NCBI GenBank assembly: GCA_000934665.2
Contig: JYFJ02000928.1
Coordinates: 1-64,000, forward strand
DNA: 64,000 bases
Origin: Catajapyx aquilonaris
Lineage: Eukaryota
Direction: 5' to 3'
Below, in pieces: positions 1 through 12,467 of this stretch (the stretch's first letter is position 1; each line of letters begins with the position of its first letter). Both the position numbers and the translations under genes were made by a program. A model generated the notes under the pieces. The model was not told the origin of the DNA and did not search any database. It saw only the letters and a list, made by a program, of their open reading frames with translations.

Positions 1-8
1 GTTACGAC

Positions 9-620
9 CAGTGAACTGTATATTGGAACTGGAACGCGGACTCCCATTGATAGATGGCGCAAAAACTGTGTCCTGCTCTAATCCGCTGTGATCACCTTTC
101 CAGGAGAGGGCAGTCGCAATCAAGATGGCGGCCTACTCACGGCTCAAAGCTAAATTCTCTTGTAATTCAAAAGAGCGCAATAAGCGGACTTTTGTCCGCA
201 CGATTGTGGCTAAACCGTTACAGTTATCAAAATATTGATGGAGTCCTTTTTGACGCGGAATTTAATTCTCCTTATGTTTCATTCGATATAAAATTTCATA
301 AAATGAACGGTTAAAAAGATAAAACAGAAAAACCGGGTTTTTTCGCCGCCATTTGCCAAGATGGCGGCCGTAATATGTGAGGATAAAAATGGTGACAAGT
401 TGAATTTTTAACTTCTGACCATGCTTAACAACTCCCCACAACCATATCAAAATTAACACTAAATCTGAACGAAAACACAATTCCGCCCCGACTCCCAGGG
501 TCACACGAAGCCCTTTCCGCCAGGTAGCTTCTTGATCACATCTCCAGGAGGAACCAGGCGATCTCAGGACACATTTTTCGGCCGCCAGTCCGTGTTCCAG
601 TTCCAATATACAGTTCACTG
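9..620. mobile_element. Non-autonomous hAT-like DNA transposon (MITE), 612 bp
   Basis: 34-bp terminal inverted repeats CAGTGAACTGTATATTGGAACTGGAAC(G/A)CGGACT at 9-42 and 587-620 (1 mismatch). Exact 8-bp direct repeat GTTACGAC at 1-8 and 621-628. An 8-bp TSD with a CAG terminus fits the hAT superfamily; P elements also make 8-bp TSDs. No transposase ORF. Confidence 0.9.
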
Positions 621-628
621 GTTACGAC

Positions 629-666
629 GAAAATTTGACTTACGACATTTGATGAATCCACCCCCA
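629..666. mobile_element. Possible right terminus of an older PIF/Harbinger-like MITE that the hAT element inserted into
   Basis: ...TTACGACATTTGATGAATCCACCCCC resembles a GGG(G)-start Harbinger-type TIR, with TTACGAC repeated subterminally. The partner end would lie left of the window. Confidence 0.3.
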
Positions 667-795
667 GCACTGTAACTATTGCTTTATTGTTAATGCTTTT
701 TGTTGATGGCTGAATGAGTATAGCTATATAATTCGTAAATTAAAGTGTACCTTAGATATGTATGCATGTTTTAAAAAACGTATGTTATATAGGGT

Positions 796-868
796 TCAGT
801 TTCTCCGGGGGGGCGGGGGGGGGGGCGCTTGGCACTTATTACCGCTGATAATCCGGAGACTGACTGTA
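796..868. mobile_element. Tiny decayed pogo/Tigger-like MITE remnant
   Basis: GATAATCCGGAGACTGACTG-TA (847-868) resembles the TIR of the element at 26506. A partial inverted partner CAGTTTCTCCGG lies at about 796-807. Confidence 0.3.
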
Positions 869-2519
869 CTCTACCGTTTAACATACAGTATCACTTGAAA
901 TAGACATCAGCCGTTTTACAATGAATTCGTCGTAGCTACCGACCCTGACCTGTACCCATCATTTTGCTCGTGACTGTATGCCTACAGAAACAAAAAAGTA
1001 GCTAATTATAAAATACAGTATATTGGAACGAGTGCAAAAATTACTATTTTGCTTAAATAGAATTTTTGTTTTAATTTCTGTTATCAATTTTATTTCTGCG
1101 AAAACGGCCACCTTTGGATGCAAGTGTAAGATTCTTGGATATTGATTAAGTGGGTGCACTTGGAACTGCTCACAAATATTTTCCAATGGAGATTAGCAAC
1201 ATAAGTGGTAATACTGTTTAGCCCTAATTTGGGCTTCTTAAATAATCCACCCGTGCATCAATTAAAGGCCGAATGATGAAGTTCACGCTATTTGCGTAGA
1301 GCATTTTATCTGCAATATTACGTTTGCAAACATTTTAAAAAAATTATGAGGTTTGTGTACCTACCGTGGTTTATTTCAACGGCACAAAAAAGAATTATTG
1401 TCGGAAGAAAATATTGACTGATGCTTATGAATCATGTGAACTAATATTTGCCAGCTTTGCCTCATCAAACTATCATACCACGATTTTATTTGTAAATGCA
1501 TGTTAATATGGACCAGTGAACCAATAATTCAAGTCAAACTGCACAATTTTATGCCCGACGTCATGTGTTACGTGGATGGCAAAAAATCCTTTGGCCCGTG
1601 CATAGCCTCTGCTCTACCAAAAAATTTGTTTCAGAGTGGAAAATGTACGATTCAGAGCACACAAGTGCTATTTGGCAACAAATAAGAAACTACAATAGCA
1701 ATTTTTTTTTCCACTTCCAATTACACTTTTCTCAGCATTTTCATCCGATTGAATATTTCCATTTGAAGTCCCCGAGGGGGTCTTCGTGCAAGGCCTGGCT
1801 GCACAATATTCAGTCTGACATTGAGATTGGATGGAGTTGGGTAAAAAAAAAAAAGGAAACGACTTCTGATTCATACATGCTTCGAACTGGTTATTGTGGT
1901 CGTGAAAAGTTCGGGAATGATTATTTCCCCCAAGAATATCCCGGAGCGTTACATCGTCTCACACTGCAAAATACGGTGTACAGAGGAGGTCGTAATGGGC
2001 ATAATTCGGCTTCCAGGCGTGCCGAGAATAAAAGTGGCGCCATTAATGGATTATGTTTCTGTAGTTTCTGTTTACAGGGCCGTTATTATGAGAATAATAA
2101 TCGCGGTGTTAATACCTAGTATTAAAATCTGACGCACAGAGGGCCGCACAGTAATGAAGTATGTAATAACGAGTACGCTGAAATGGAATTATGCAGCCCA
2201 GTCTTGTAAATTGGGTACTTGATCGCACTAGTATAATTTCAGTTTGCCCACTTTTTATGGCAAAATATGGAAATGACCAACATAAAGCATCTGGCCTGGA
2301 TGGCATCAACTTGAAAAAAAGCTCCAGCTCTGACCTTCAGCCCTCCAATTGACAAACAAACGCCGCTTGCAACACAAAGGCTCCCCTGCCTGCAAGTGTC
2401 GAAACTAAATTGCACAAAGGATTTGCCGAGAGTTGGCAAAAAATTAAGATTCCATGTGGAGGTGCTTCCCCACCATCGGTGATTTAATTTCCCCTCCGTC
2501 TCTGAGAATTCCGCAGAAT

Positions 2520-2534
2520 CTCTCTCTCTCTCTC
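2520..2534. repeat. (CT)n microsatellite
   Basis: Direct read. Confidence 0.8.
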
Positions 2535-3348
2535 GCTCAGTAGAAACCAGCCTACTATATATTTTTTTCTTCTTCTCTAAACTTCCCCCCTTTCTGATGC
2601 TTCATCAATATGAAATGTTCCCCCATTTCCTTCGAACTGTTGCGAGTGGCCCTTATTTATCCCACCCCAAACCGGCTGGAACAAATGGAGTCGTGGAGGG
2701 GTAGGCCACCCCTAATGATCTGTCAACCAGAGAAGAAGCGGGTTCCTCCATCGCTCTTAGTGAATCAACGTCCACTTGGCAATTAATCGATGGTGTTATA
2801 CGGGCCATCCTATCCTTCTATCTTTACATCCCCTCCCATAAAGTCAGCTCATTTATCTTATTAAGAGCAAGTGCTTGGGAGGCTATCGTCTCCTGAGGGG
2901 GTGGGTTGTATAGGGTTCCTGTCACGAGATCGATCAGGTGATGTGCAAGTGTGAGTACAAAGTTAGGAGGAACGTTGGCAATATAAAGGGGGGCGGGAAT
3001 TCATGTGAAGAGGCCCGCTTGCACCTCAGGCAAGTGCCTGATGTGAAGTCAGACCGCATCTGCAAAGAGGAACTTAGCTTGGGGAGTAGAATTTGATGCG
3101 AAAAGTGTCAGGAAGGTCATGCGGGACTTGAAAACATTTTGGAGGAAGTTTGCAGGGGCTTGATTATAATGTTCTGGGCGTGGACGTGATGCCAGCTCGG
3201 ACCCCTCCTTAGCCTTGCACAATTAATGGTCGGGTAGTCCACATGAATCCTGTCCTAAACCTGGACAAGTCACGAAACACTGTTTCAATTTGTAATTCCA
3301 AACTTGACGTACTATGGGCACACATGATTGATTTTTTTCACGTCCTTT

Positions 3349-3366
3349 ACACACACACACACACAC
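3349..3366. repeat. (AC)n microsatellite
   Basis: Direct read. Confidence 0.85.
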
Positions 3367-6300
3367 CCAAATAGGAAAAAAACTAGGACAATGAATTAAC
3401 GTCAGGTGCGACTTTGGGTCTCAATTCCACGATTCCTTTTCTCATTTCCTTGGCCCTTTCAGAAGTTTCCCCAGCTTCCATTACGATTCCTGGTTCTCTA
3501 AGAATGAATATAGTATACTTTAGACGATGAAGTTTACACTGACCCGACTTTCGTTCCTCATTGGATTTTTTTTATACTCCAGACTCCCTTTTTTTGTTGA
3601 ACTGGGGTCCGGGACAAAATAAACCTCTCCGGAGTGGATTATCGCGAGTCGGGGTAATTTATCACATTGCAGGAGCGATCATTTTGGAGACTAGTTTTGC
3701 GGTTGAGGAGTGGGGACCCAGCCCGGTTTCGGGTTCTGTACAAACAAGTTTGCGAAACTTTTAGCGGTCTGGGATCCTCGAAAGCAACTGAATTATTCAA
3801 TAAGTATTGCGAGGGGGTTCTGCCACACGTTGTGGCACTTTATGGCGGGCCGTGCATGTGAGGTGTAATTAATTCGGGTAGTACGAGTATGGCATTCTGC
3901 AACCAGACTTTAAAGGGGAGCTGTGGTCTGAATTGAAGGTTTTTGGGAGACTGGACGGTTCTGGTTTGACATAATTAAGATATATTAAAGGTGGTTTCCA
4001 ATAGGTGTTCCCCTCTTTAAAACCGATCGAAAGCAAGGCTGTGATAGAAGGAAAGTAGAGAAAGCCTTGATGGCCCTGCCAGTCACCTGTAGGTGATTAA
4101 TTCACTTTTGGGCCCCGTTTTACATCGGACAAAATCCCATCTCTGGGAATCGAGACCTCGAAAGCGGATTTTGTGGGAGTCTTCCTTCGGTTCCAAGGCG
4201 ATTTGGATCTCTCTCCACTTCTTCTTCGTGAGTCAAGTGCCGACGAATTGTTGCCCCCGTTTTCCCGGAGAGCGGAAATGGCGATAGGAGGAATTATATA
4301 TGGGAGATACGGGGCCTCCGACCTTGCTCCAATAGATTGGCCATCGGGGAACAAAGTGCAAGCTCCTACGAACGAAGGACATCGATTTTTACTCGCTTCA
4401 TCCTACCCCCACCACCCTGCCCTTTGCCAACTACATTACCTGCCGAATAAACGCGAGGCCTCTTTTTTTACTGTCCGGAATAGCGCTTCCCTTTTCTTGT
4501 CCTTGCAAATTAAACTGATCACGTCCGGCCTTTTCATTCCCAGGTCAATGTCGCGGGGACGTACAGGTCATTGGGCAATATTTTCAAAGCCGAGTTTGCA
4601 ATCTGTCGGTTATTACTCTGGCGTGAAATCGGCAGCTGCATCAGAGGTGGGCGAGCCTCCAGCATAAATTTCGAATCCGCAAAAAAATGGCATTAACCGA
4701 ACTGGACTTAAAAGCTACTGTATTCCGTTGCGGTCCTTCATTTGAAAATTACTAATTATGCATTGCATTACATGTATTTCACTGAAATGTTGGGGACATA
4801 GCAATTTTAATTAATAATGTGTCAGGCTTCCTCTTTTTTGGATCGGGAACACCACCAAAGTGAGTAATTGAATCTAGGCAAGCTCAATATTATAGAGCCG
4901 AACTTTTGGGGATTGAGCTCGGTGTTAGAGTCAAATCCCAGGCTCGACCGGCTCTAGCCTACATCTGGCTACCACTTTGGCCTAAGATAGGCCTTGATCG
5001 ATCCAGTCAAGATATAGGTTTACAGGGGAGGGGCTAGATGAAAGACAATTCCTCTCTTGTGTGTTGGCACCCATGACTAACTGCCAATAAACCTGGGTGC
5101 TTCATTCTCCAGTAGAAAGCTTTTCTGACAATTTTTGCAGCACAAAGGCGATCTTGCCTGTGGAGACTGGGACGCCGGTTGATTTCCACTTATAAACATC
5201 ACTTTGTATTCAGGAGTGTGATCGATGTGACTGACAAAAGAAGAAGATATTGCCTTATATTCGGGATTTGTAAGGAGGGAATTGAATGGAGACAAGTAAC
5301 CGATTCAGATGCGGGTGCGTGCAGCCCACTTCCCATTTTTGCGCCATTAAAATGATCAGCAGCAACAAATGCAGTGACAATGACATGTGATCGACACAAT
5401 AGGTGTTTTTAGGGTGCGCAGGGTACAATCCTGCCGCAGCCACCCTAAATGGGTAGTACATTAGCCGGCTGAAACGGAGCGCTCATCTTCAGTGAAAGAG
5501 TAACGAACTGTGACGTGCACGTCCTGGATATACTGCAGGGTGGCGTAGTGAATGCTTTAGCCCTGTCCAATTCAGTGCACGCCACTGCAGAGTTGCACCC
5601 CGAGATATAGCTTCCCTCTGCATTAGAGTCGGCGTGGTTATGCCCAGTGAATGGCTGTCAGCTGCAAAGAATAGGACCTTAACCTAAGAGCAACCAATGT
5701 AGACCATTCCTTTGTGGTGGGTACACTTCCCCGAATGAGGAACGGCCATCAAAGCACCAGCCGCCATTCGAATTAATTATGCTGCCCACATTATTCCTTC
5801 TCGATATGTGTTTCCCCCTCTAGTAATCAAGTTCACTTAAGAGAACATACTCTAAGGTTTGCCCGAGTAATTCACTCAAAGCTAGTATTTCCAACCACTT
5901 GCCAACTTATTCGCCGAGACTTCCGCGCAGCTGCTTCGTCAGAGCCTCTGGCTTGACTTTGAAGTCTGCCCACTCCCCTCTTCTCCTTCCCCTCCTCCTT
6001 CCCTCCCTTCCCTTACTATCTGCAGGCGAGAGTTGGCGAAACCCTTCCCTTATCTAAATACAGTAGGCCGTGGCAAATTCCCGAGGCTACAGCAACATGT
6101 ACAAGGAGGGAAGTCGTACGGGTGCAGCACCACAACGGTAGTTCCTCGACAATCATTATCAGTACCAACTGTATAAAGAGTCGTCGCCATTTACGGAAAA
6201 CGGAAACGGAACAGGGGATAGGGACGGGAGGATGGGGAGGAATATGGCCACCAATGGAAAATGGCGACCCCGGGAGAAGTTTCAACGCGCTTTGTAGCGT

Positions 6301-7671
6301 GTTTGGAGAATTGGGAGAACACTTTTTTATAAAAGGGGTATCCTGCTAACTTCCAGCAGGGGGTTAAGCTGTGCATAGATGGCGGATTAGAGTTATCTTT
6401 GCTTCATGCAGAGCGACGCTGTTGGTGGCTCAGGTGCAGCTTAGGATAATCTCCTGCTTATCCAGGCTCTTGTCTTTTGCTCACCTGAAAAAAATGGAGG
6501 GGAGAGGGGGAGGGGGGATCGTTGCCTGCAGAAGCATTTCATAAGGGATCCTTCTCAATTTTCTTTTGCCTTTTCCTGCCTTTTTGAAGATGAGTACCGT
6601 TGAATTCAGAAGGATATCAAGGGCCTTAACTCATTACCTTTCTGCGTAGCGCAGCATTTGATCTTTCTCTTGGGAAATTTCATGAAGAGACCTCCCTATA
6701 GCGATGCTACTGTACCTAATGGCCTAGAACGGTACCCCTCTGGAAGACTTTTTTTCTTACTTGATCAAAGATGATATTTTTACAACATGCTTATGGGTAT
6801 GTGAGGCAATTCTACTCTGTGAAGCAGTTTGGGCTGCGTTGTGAAAGAATAATAAGCTAGTCGTCCACGCTAGTCAAGTGGTGTTCATAATGGCTTCATT
6901 GCACCGACTGGTTCATTAATGGATGCTTTGCGAGTACCTGATATGTTTTAATCATTCGCGAAACTCAATTATGTGTCAGTATTGTACCAATAATGGAAAC
7001 GTAAATGTATTCAGAGGCCAGTAAATATCCATTCTCTAGTTGACAGTAAATCTGTTTATTGTTTCCACATGTTAACTACGTGTATTATGAGATTTATCGT
7101 ACTTTGATATTTTAAATGCAGTTCAGCAATCAACCTCATTATTCAAGCTCGTCGACAGCCTGTGCGAGCATACCGTTCTTAAGTAAATATATATCTTTGT
7201 GTGCATTACCTGTACCAAATGTTTCAATGTTGATGATGAGTAATTTCCTCAACTCTTACGAACCCAATTTTTAAATAAGGTACTTTTTAGAGGTACTTTA
7301 GAAGTGAATAATAATTACATGGAGCCTATTTGAGAGTTTTCTCATGAATATTCCTCACTTTTTGCTTCTGGCATTATTTATTATTCCCTCAAGTTTCTAA
7401 TGACGTGGCAAGTATTCAATTCACAAGCTTTTGGCAGAATTACGAGCGTAAAGTGAGAAGTTTATTTTTCATAACCTCCTTTAAAGAGTATGAAATTACA
7501 ATGTACCGATATCCTTACATAATGAGAAGGCTCATATTCTTGAAGACTTGAGCACAAAATCATTAAAAGGTCATGACTGTATTATAACCATTTAAAAGCA
7601 ATTAAAGGCTTATTTATATTGAGCAGTAAAAGCACAATATTATGTTGCAGGGATAAGCTCAGAGCAATAAA

Positions 7672-7693
7672 TGAGAGAGAGAGAGAGAGAGAG
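7672..7693. repeat. (GA)n microsatellite
   Basis: Direct read. Confidence 0.85.
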
Positions 7694-10600
7694 CAAATCT
7701 TAGTACTGCAGATCTCATTCTTTCTTTTGCGCTATCTTACAAGCTTCAAAAACATACTACTGTAATACCATATTTGTAGGCCTACTGTAGTACTCCCATA
7801 TTTCTGCATGTGGGTAAAAGCAGGGTGAGCAGACCTGAGAATTTGTTATCTTCTCCACACAATGCATTGTTTTATAAATTCAACAGCGGCTAAAATTTAC
7901 ATATAAAATAACTTGCAAGTGAAGGAGGAAATCATCAACTTTTTCCCATTTTATACAGGCCGGCCATGGCTAGTTCCCCCAGGGTATACCGGCCCGATAG
8001 TCGGCCTTTTTAAATACCACATGCAGGGTTACAATATTTCTCACATTTTCTTGGTATATCTCACAGGCTATTACGCTTGAGCTGCAGCGATTGCTTCATT
8101 ATAACGAAGAGGCTCCTGGACTAAGACTTCAGCTCATTCTAAGAGCATGATATATTCCTTTTGGCTTCGGCTATTGAATAGGATTGAATACTAATTCGAT
8201 TCTGCACCAGTTATTGCCTGTTATTATTATGTACTGCTTACTTTCTAGGCCGAGACTGGTCGGTAATTGAAAGCAGGAGAACACAAGAGTGATGTTCACT
8301 CGGGGCGAAGGATTTGGGTGGCTGCAGGAGGTAGTGTTTCATTAAAGGGGTTTCTGGCTAATAGGAGAGGGATTTGGGTTGGGAGTACAGGTAATTCCGC
8401 GCAAGTGGAACGTGGCGTAGTGTCCGACTCGCTCGCTTCTCTGTAAGAGAAAAAGAAGAAAAAAAACCAAACTCGAGTACCTTTAGCTTCTACATCTCTT
8501 TCGGGAGTTGGATTTTGAAGAGGCCAAAGGCATGCGATGTTATCCGCTACTGCATAATAAAACTGAAGTACAAAAAAATAGAACAGCATGAGTCCGTCAC
8601 ATTAATTTTTAGCGGAGTGGAGAAGGTTTCTTTTTAAGAAAACAATGTTTTTTTTTCAAAAATTTTCACCATGTTACTAATGTAGACATCGCCAATATTG
8701 ACATAACTATATACCTGGGAATTTGTTTTAAATGGTAATTTTGCAGTTTAGCCTCGTAGCTTTCGCTTCCATAAGCATATATACTTATGTAAAAAAAAAG
8801 TTTTATACAAACGCATCCTGGAATAAATTGTCCAGGGTGTTTGGAAAATATAATAAAAGCGCTATACTGCATGTGTAGGATGCCATTTTAGATCGAAAAG
8901 TCTTATGGAAATTTGTAGTAATAATTATGACTGACGCTCTAGAGTCTAGAGCTCAAAAATTCGGACAAAAGTCCTAGTTTGACCAGAACCTTTTTATATA
9001 ATGCATAGTGGTCTGAGAAGGCGTACAGTACATAAATTCGGATAATAGCTGATTTCCAATAAGTAGAAAGTGTTAAGTTACGTGCCTTACTCGAAGTAAC
9101 CATGTGACCTATTCTACCCTCTTAGAAAAACACAATGACGAACGGTCTGCCACCACCTTTTCGACTCCGTACCTGGCAAAGGGGTAGGCCTACACACTTC
9201 CATCTGATACAGTCATTGACGAGGCTCATGGACATTGGTAACATTGAAAATCTCAAGTTGGAAAACAAAACTTGAACCAGAACCATCTTGACCACACGAA
9301 GTTGCACACTCCATCTATAGGTCTACTTATTCGCGTTTCAACACACTCATGTGCCTATGCTTTGCTCTCATCAGAACATGTAGACTGTAGTGTTCAAGTT
9401 ACTCGTTCATTCATTTGACCCATTCTTAGTCCTACATTGTTCTCCCTTCCCCCCTACTTCAGTAATTGTAAGGGTAAAAGGTATTAACGCACTCCATAAC
9501 TTATGAAGCCAAAGGCACATGATGTAGAAACTTATGGTGCGTTTTTTAGGGGCGAGTTATTGCCGTTGTGAAGCATCAATTTATTAACCGCGAACATTGG
9601 CAATAAGGGAGGGAGGCCCCCAAATGGCTGCGTTATGTATGCATGAAGCTGAAAAGAACGCATCTCATTTCGGCATAAATCATTATTTATGTAGCGTGGA
9701 GAACACCGCTGCGTTTTATAAGATACAGCCTGGCCTACATGGCCAATAAGGCGATGAAAATGCACTTATTACGTTATTTACAACCCCATAGCCGTATTAT
9801 ATTTCAGGTGATGCAGAGCAACGACTCCCTCATAAGTGTAATGTCGGCAACGGCTTTAAGATCCAGGATTGCTGAGGCGTAATTTTTGAGAAATAAAATA
9901 AAAATGCAAAGCGAAAGTTACTGAAAAAAAGTTTTCAACGCGAACCATTTCCGCCATACTAGTGCTTCGTCTTGGGCCAGAAACCACAAGCACCCATATC
10001 TATAGCGTTTTTCTCTCCCAGCAAGATCGCGTTTCTTAGCCAGCTTTTATCAGGGTTCCCCAAACGTATAGGTGGAAAAGTGGAAGCCCGGTTGCAAAAA
10101 AAAAGCGAGAGAGAGAGAGGAGGTTGGAGGGCAATGAAATGCCCTCGAAAAAGTTCAAATGAACGACTTCTTGGGGGAGGATGGGTAGCAATCTTCTCCC
10201 CAAGTAATTTTCGTGGGCGCATAATCCTGATATGGGAACCCGTTTTTAAAACAGTGTTGAATTAACCCTGGTGGGAACCGAAACGGTGGACTTTTGAGGC
10301 AGGTTCAGGTGAAGTTGGCGGGAAAAAGAGACGTAATGTACAAAAAAAAGGTAAGAAAAAAAAGCAATTTTCCTGCTTCCAAACCTTCTCCCGTCGTTCC
10401 ACGTCCCCTTTTCGTCAAATAAATTTCCATCTCCTTCCAGCCGAAGTCGTCTAAGTGGCTCAGAAGGCCTCCTTCTTTTTGAATAAATCTAACATCTCCC
10501 CTTCCCTCCTCCTTCTCCCACCACCCTTCCCTAAGTTTGGTAAAGGAGGCTCCCGACTCTGGAAATTTAGACAGGCCCGCCGCCAACAGCACAGCGCCGA

Positions 10601-11454
10601 CGCCATTATTGGAAACTCCTTTAACCGAAACGAGAGAAATACGATAGACACGGTCTTCCATTTAGACGCTAAAAAAGGAGCAACACTAGGGTGGGGGGGA
10701 AAAAAAAGAAGCAAACTTGGCGATCTCTCTTTTTCGTGCCTGAACACTGAAGAATCGGTAGCATGTTTTCTTTTTTTTTTTCCTATCCACCCCCCCACCC
10801 TTTCCCCCACTTCTTCTACTCAAAAAGTCCGTTTAGGATTCTGAGCGAATGTGGGAATCTCAAGAGGGATGCCATTCGCTTCTATTAGCCAGCCTTCAAT
10901 TTCTATTCCAGGAGTTTTGCCTGACATGATCCCAAATTTTGCGGCTGCGAGGATGGCGACGCCTTTCAGCTACAAATTCGATGGAATAGGCTTATACACT
11001 TTGGTGTGTTCCTGTCTATACGATTATGTTTTCACAAATATGCATATGACGGTGGGTTTACTGCTTGACGTTTGAATTTTTTTTAAAAAAATTCACGATC
11101 ATGGGTTTCAATCATTTATTCATTTTTTATGAGATACTTTATCATGATGACGAACTGCGTTTGCTTTTAATATTTTATTGGCCGATTGTGCACGTATGTT
11201 CTGGAAAAAGGTGGATGATATGAAAAATGGGCAAAAAAAGGAAGAATGATGCTACAAGCATGAGCCAACCCCTGGGGATAGAGAATATGTCTTATTTTTG
11301 TTTCTCAGAAGCGAATATAGACAGATATTATAAAGTTGCTCCCCTTTGAACCTTACTCAGCATCAGTTTATAGAAAGTAAGAAAGGAAATTGCAATAAGA
11401 ATGCTCTTTATTGTCATATATCATGCATAATCATGACCCTTACATTTATACGTA

Positions 11455-12467
11455 CATAACTTTATGAAATGAAAACAAGAAAAGTGTAATAAAAATTTTG
11501 AAAACCTGTCGTTTAGGATGCCGTTCGCCGGGGACAGTTGGAAAATCGTACGTTACTCATAACTTCAGGCTCTTTGTCGATAGATGAAGTGCAAGTCAGC
11601 AGCATCTGTGTAAATATGGCGGCGCATCTTCAGTCATGCTTCAAATAGGAGCAGAGAGCTCTTATGAACACGAGAAAAATGTAATAAAAGTGTGATAAAC
11701 TCGCAGTTTGGGATGCTGTTTGAGAGGGACAGTTTCCGATTTATAACTTCAGACAGTTCGTCGACAGGTGTAGTGTGAATCGGTCAGCATCTGTTTAAAG
11801 ATGGCGTCATACAGACATGCACCAAGGATAAGAGAGCTGTTGTTCGGTTGTGTGCGTAGAAGGGACACAATCCATAATCCATTAATTATAATTTTTTACA
11901 TCATTCAGATATGAGTGACTGTGAGGTGTATACGTGGCAGATCCGTAGTATAGTAAACGGACATCCTAGACTGCACTTCTGGAACGTCCCAATTTTCAAA
12001 TTCCCATGGACATGCCCTCATGCAACAATAGGAGTAAACAATGTTCTTTTGTTGAAACTATTTACTCCTTTTGTTGCGTGAGAGCATATCATTGGAAATT
12101 TGAAAAGTGGAAGGGTCCAGAAGTGCAGTCTAGGATGTCCGTTGCGCTCGGTCCGTTGACTACAGTGCTTGTATTCTGCAAGAAAATTAATGTTCACTGA
12201 GTATTGTCCCTTCTACGTCCAAAAACGAATTACAGTTATTCTCTTCTGATCTTTGGTTCATAGTCTGAAGTAGCACCGCCATCTTTACACAGCTGCTGTA
12301 CGACTGACACTCCACCTGTGAACAAACTGCCTGAAGTTATAAGCACCATATGGGTCTGAAACTATCCCTTCCTATTCTCATCTTCCCATCTATCTTCATC
12401 CCGAATTTCAGGTTTCAAAAAATGCATATATTGCACTTTTATCATTTTCATTTGAACAACCCTCGTA
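11455..12467. mobile_element. Decayed mariner-derived foldback element: two tandem 5' ends on + and one 5' end on -
   Basis: The right end reads TA-CGAGGGTTGTTCAAATGAAAATG on the minus strand (ends 12467), a typical mariner TIR start. Three homologous blocks (ATAACTTCAG...CAGCA.CTGT.TAAA.ATGGCG) lead into degenerate transposase N-termini: + ATG 11616 (MAAHLQSCFK*EQRAL), + ATG 11801 (..QTCTKDKRAVVR, frameshifted), - ATG 12282 (MAVLLQT/TKDQKRITVIRF/LDVEGT). The left boundary is approximate. Confidence 0.75.
11951..12162. mobile_element. Hairpin (palindromic) MITE nested in the spacer of the mariner foldback
   Basis: Arms of about 88 bp. AACGGACATCCTAGACTGCACTTCTGGA (from 11956) pairs perfectly with the arm ending at 12143; the rest is imperfect, with a short loop. 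The right end has an extra GCGCTCGGTCCGTT unit before GACTA. Superfamily not assigned. Confidence 0.85.

Noticed and set aside
4892..4956. Mini hAT-like element TAGAGCCG...CGGCTCTA
   Set aside because: Only an 8-bp inverted repeat and no TSD.
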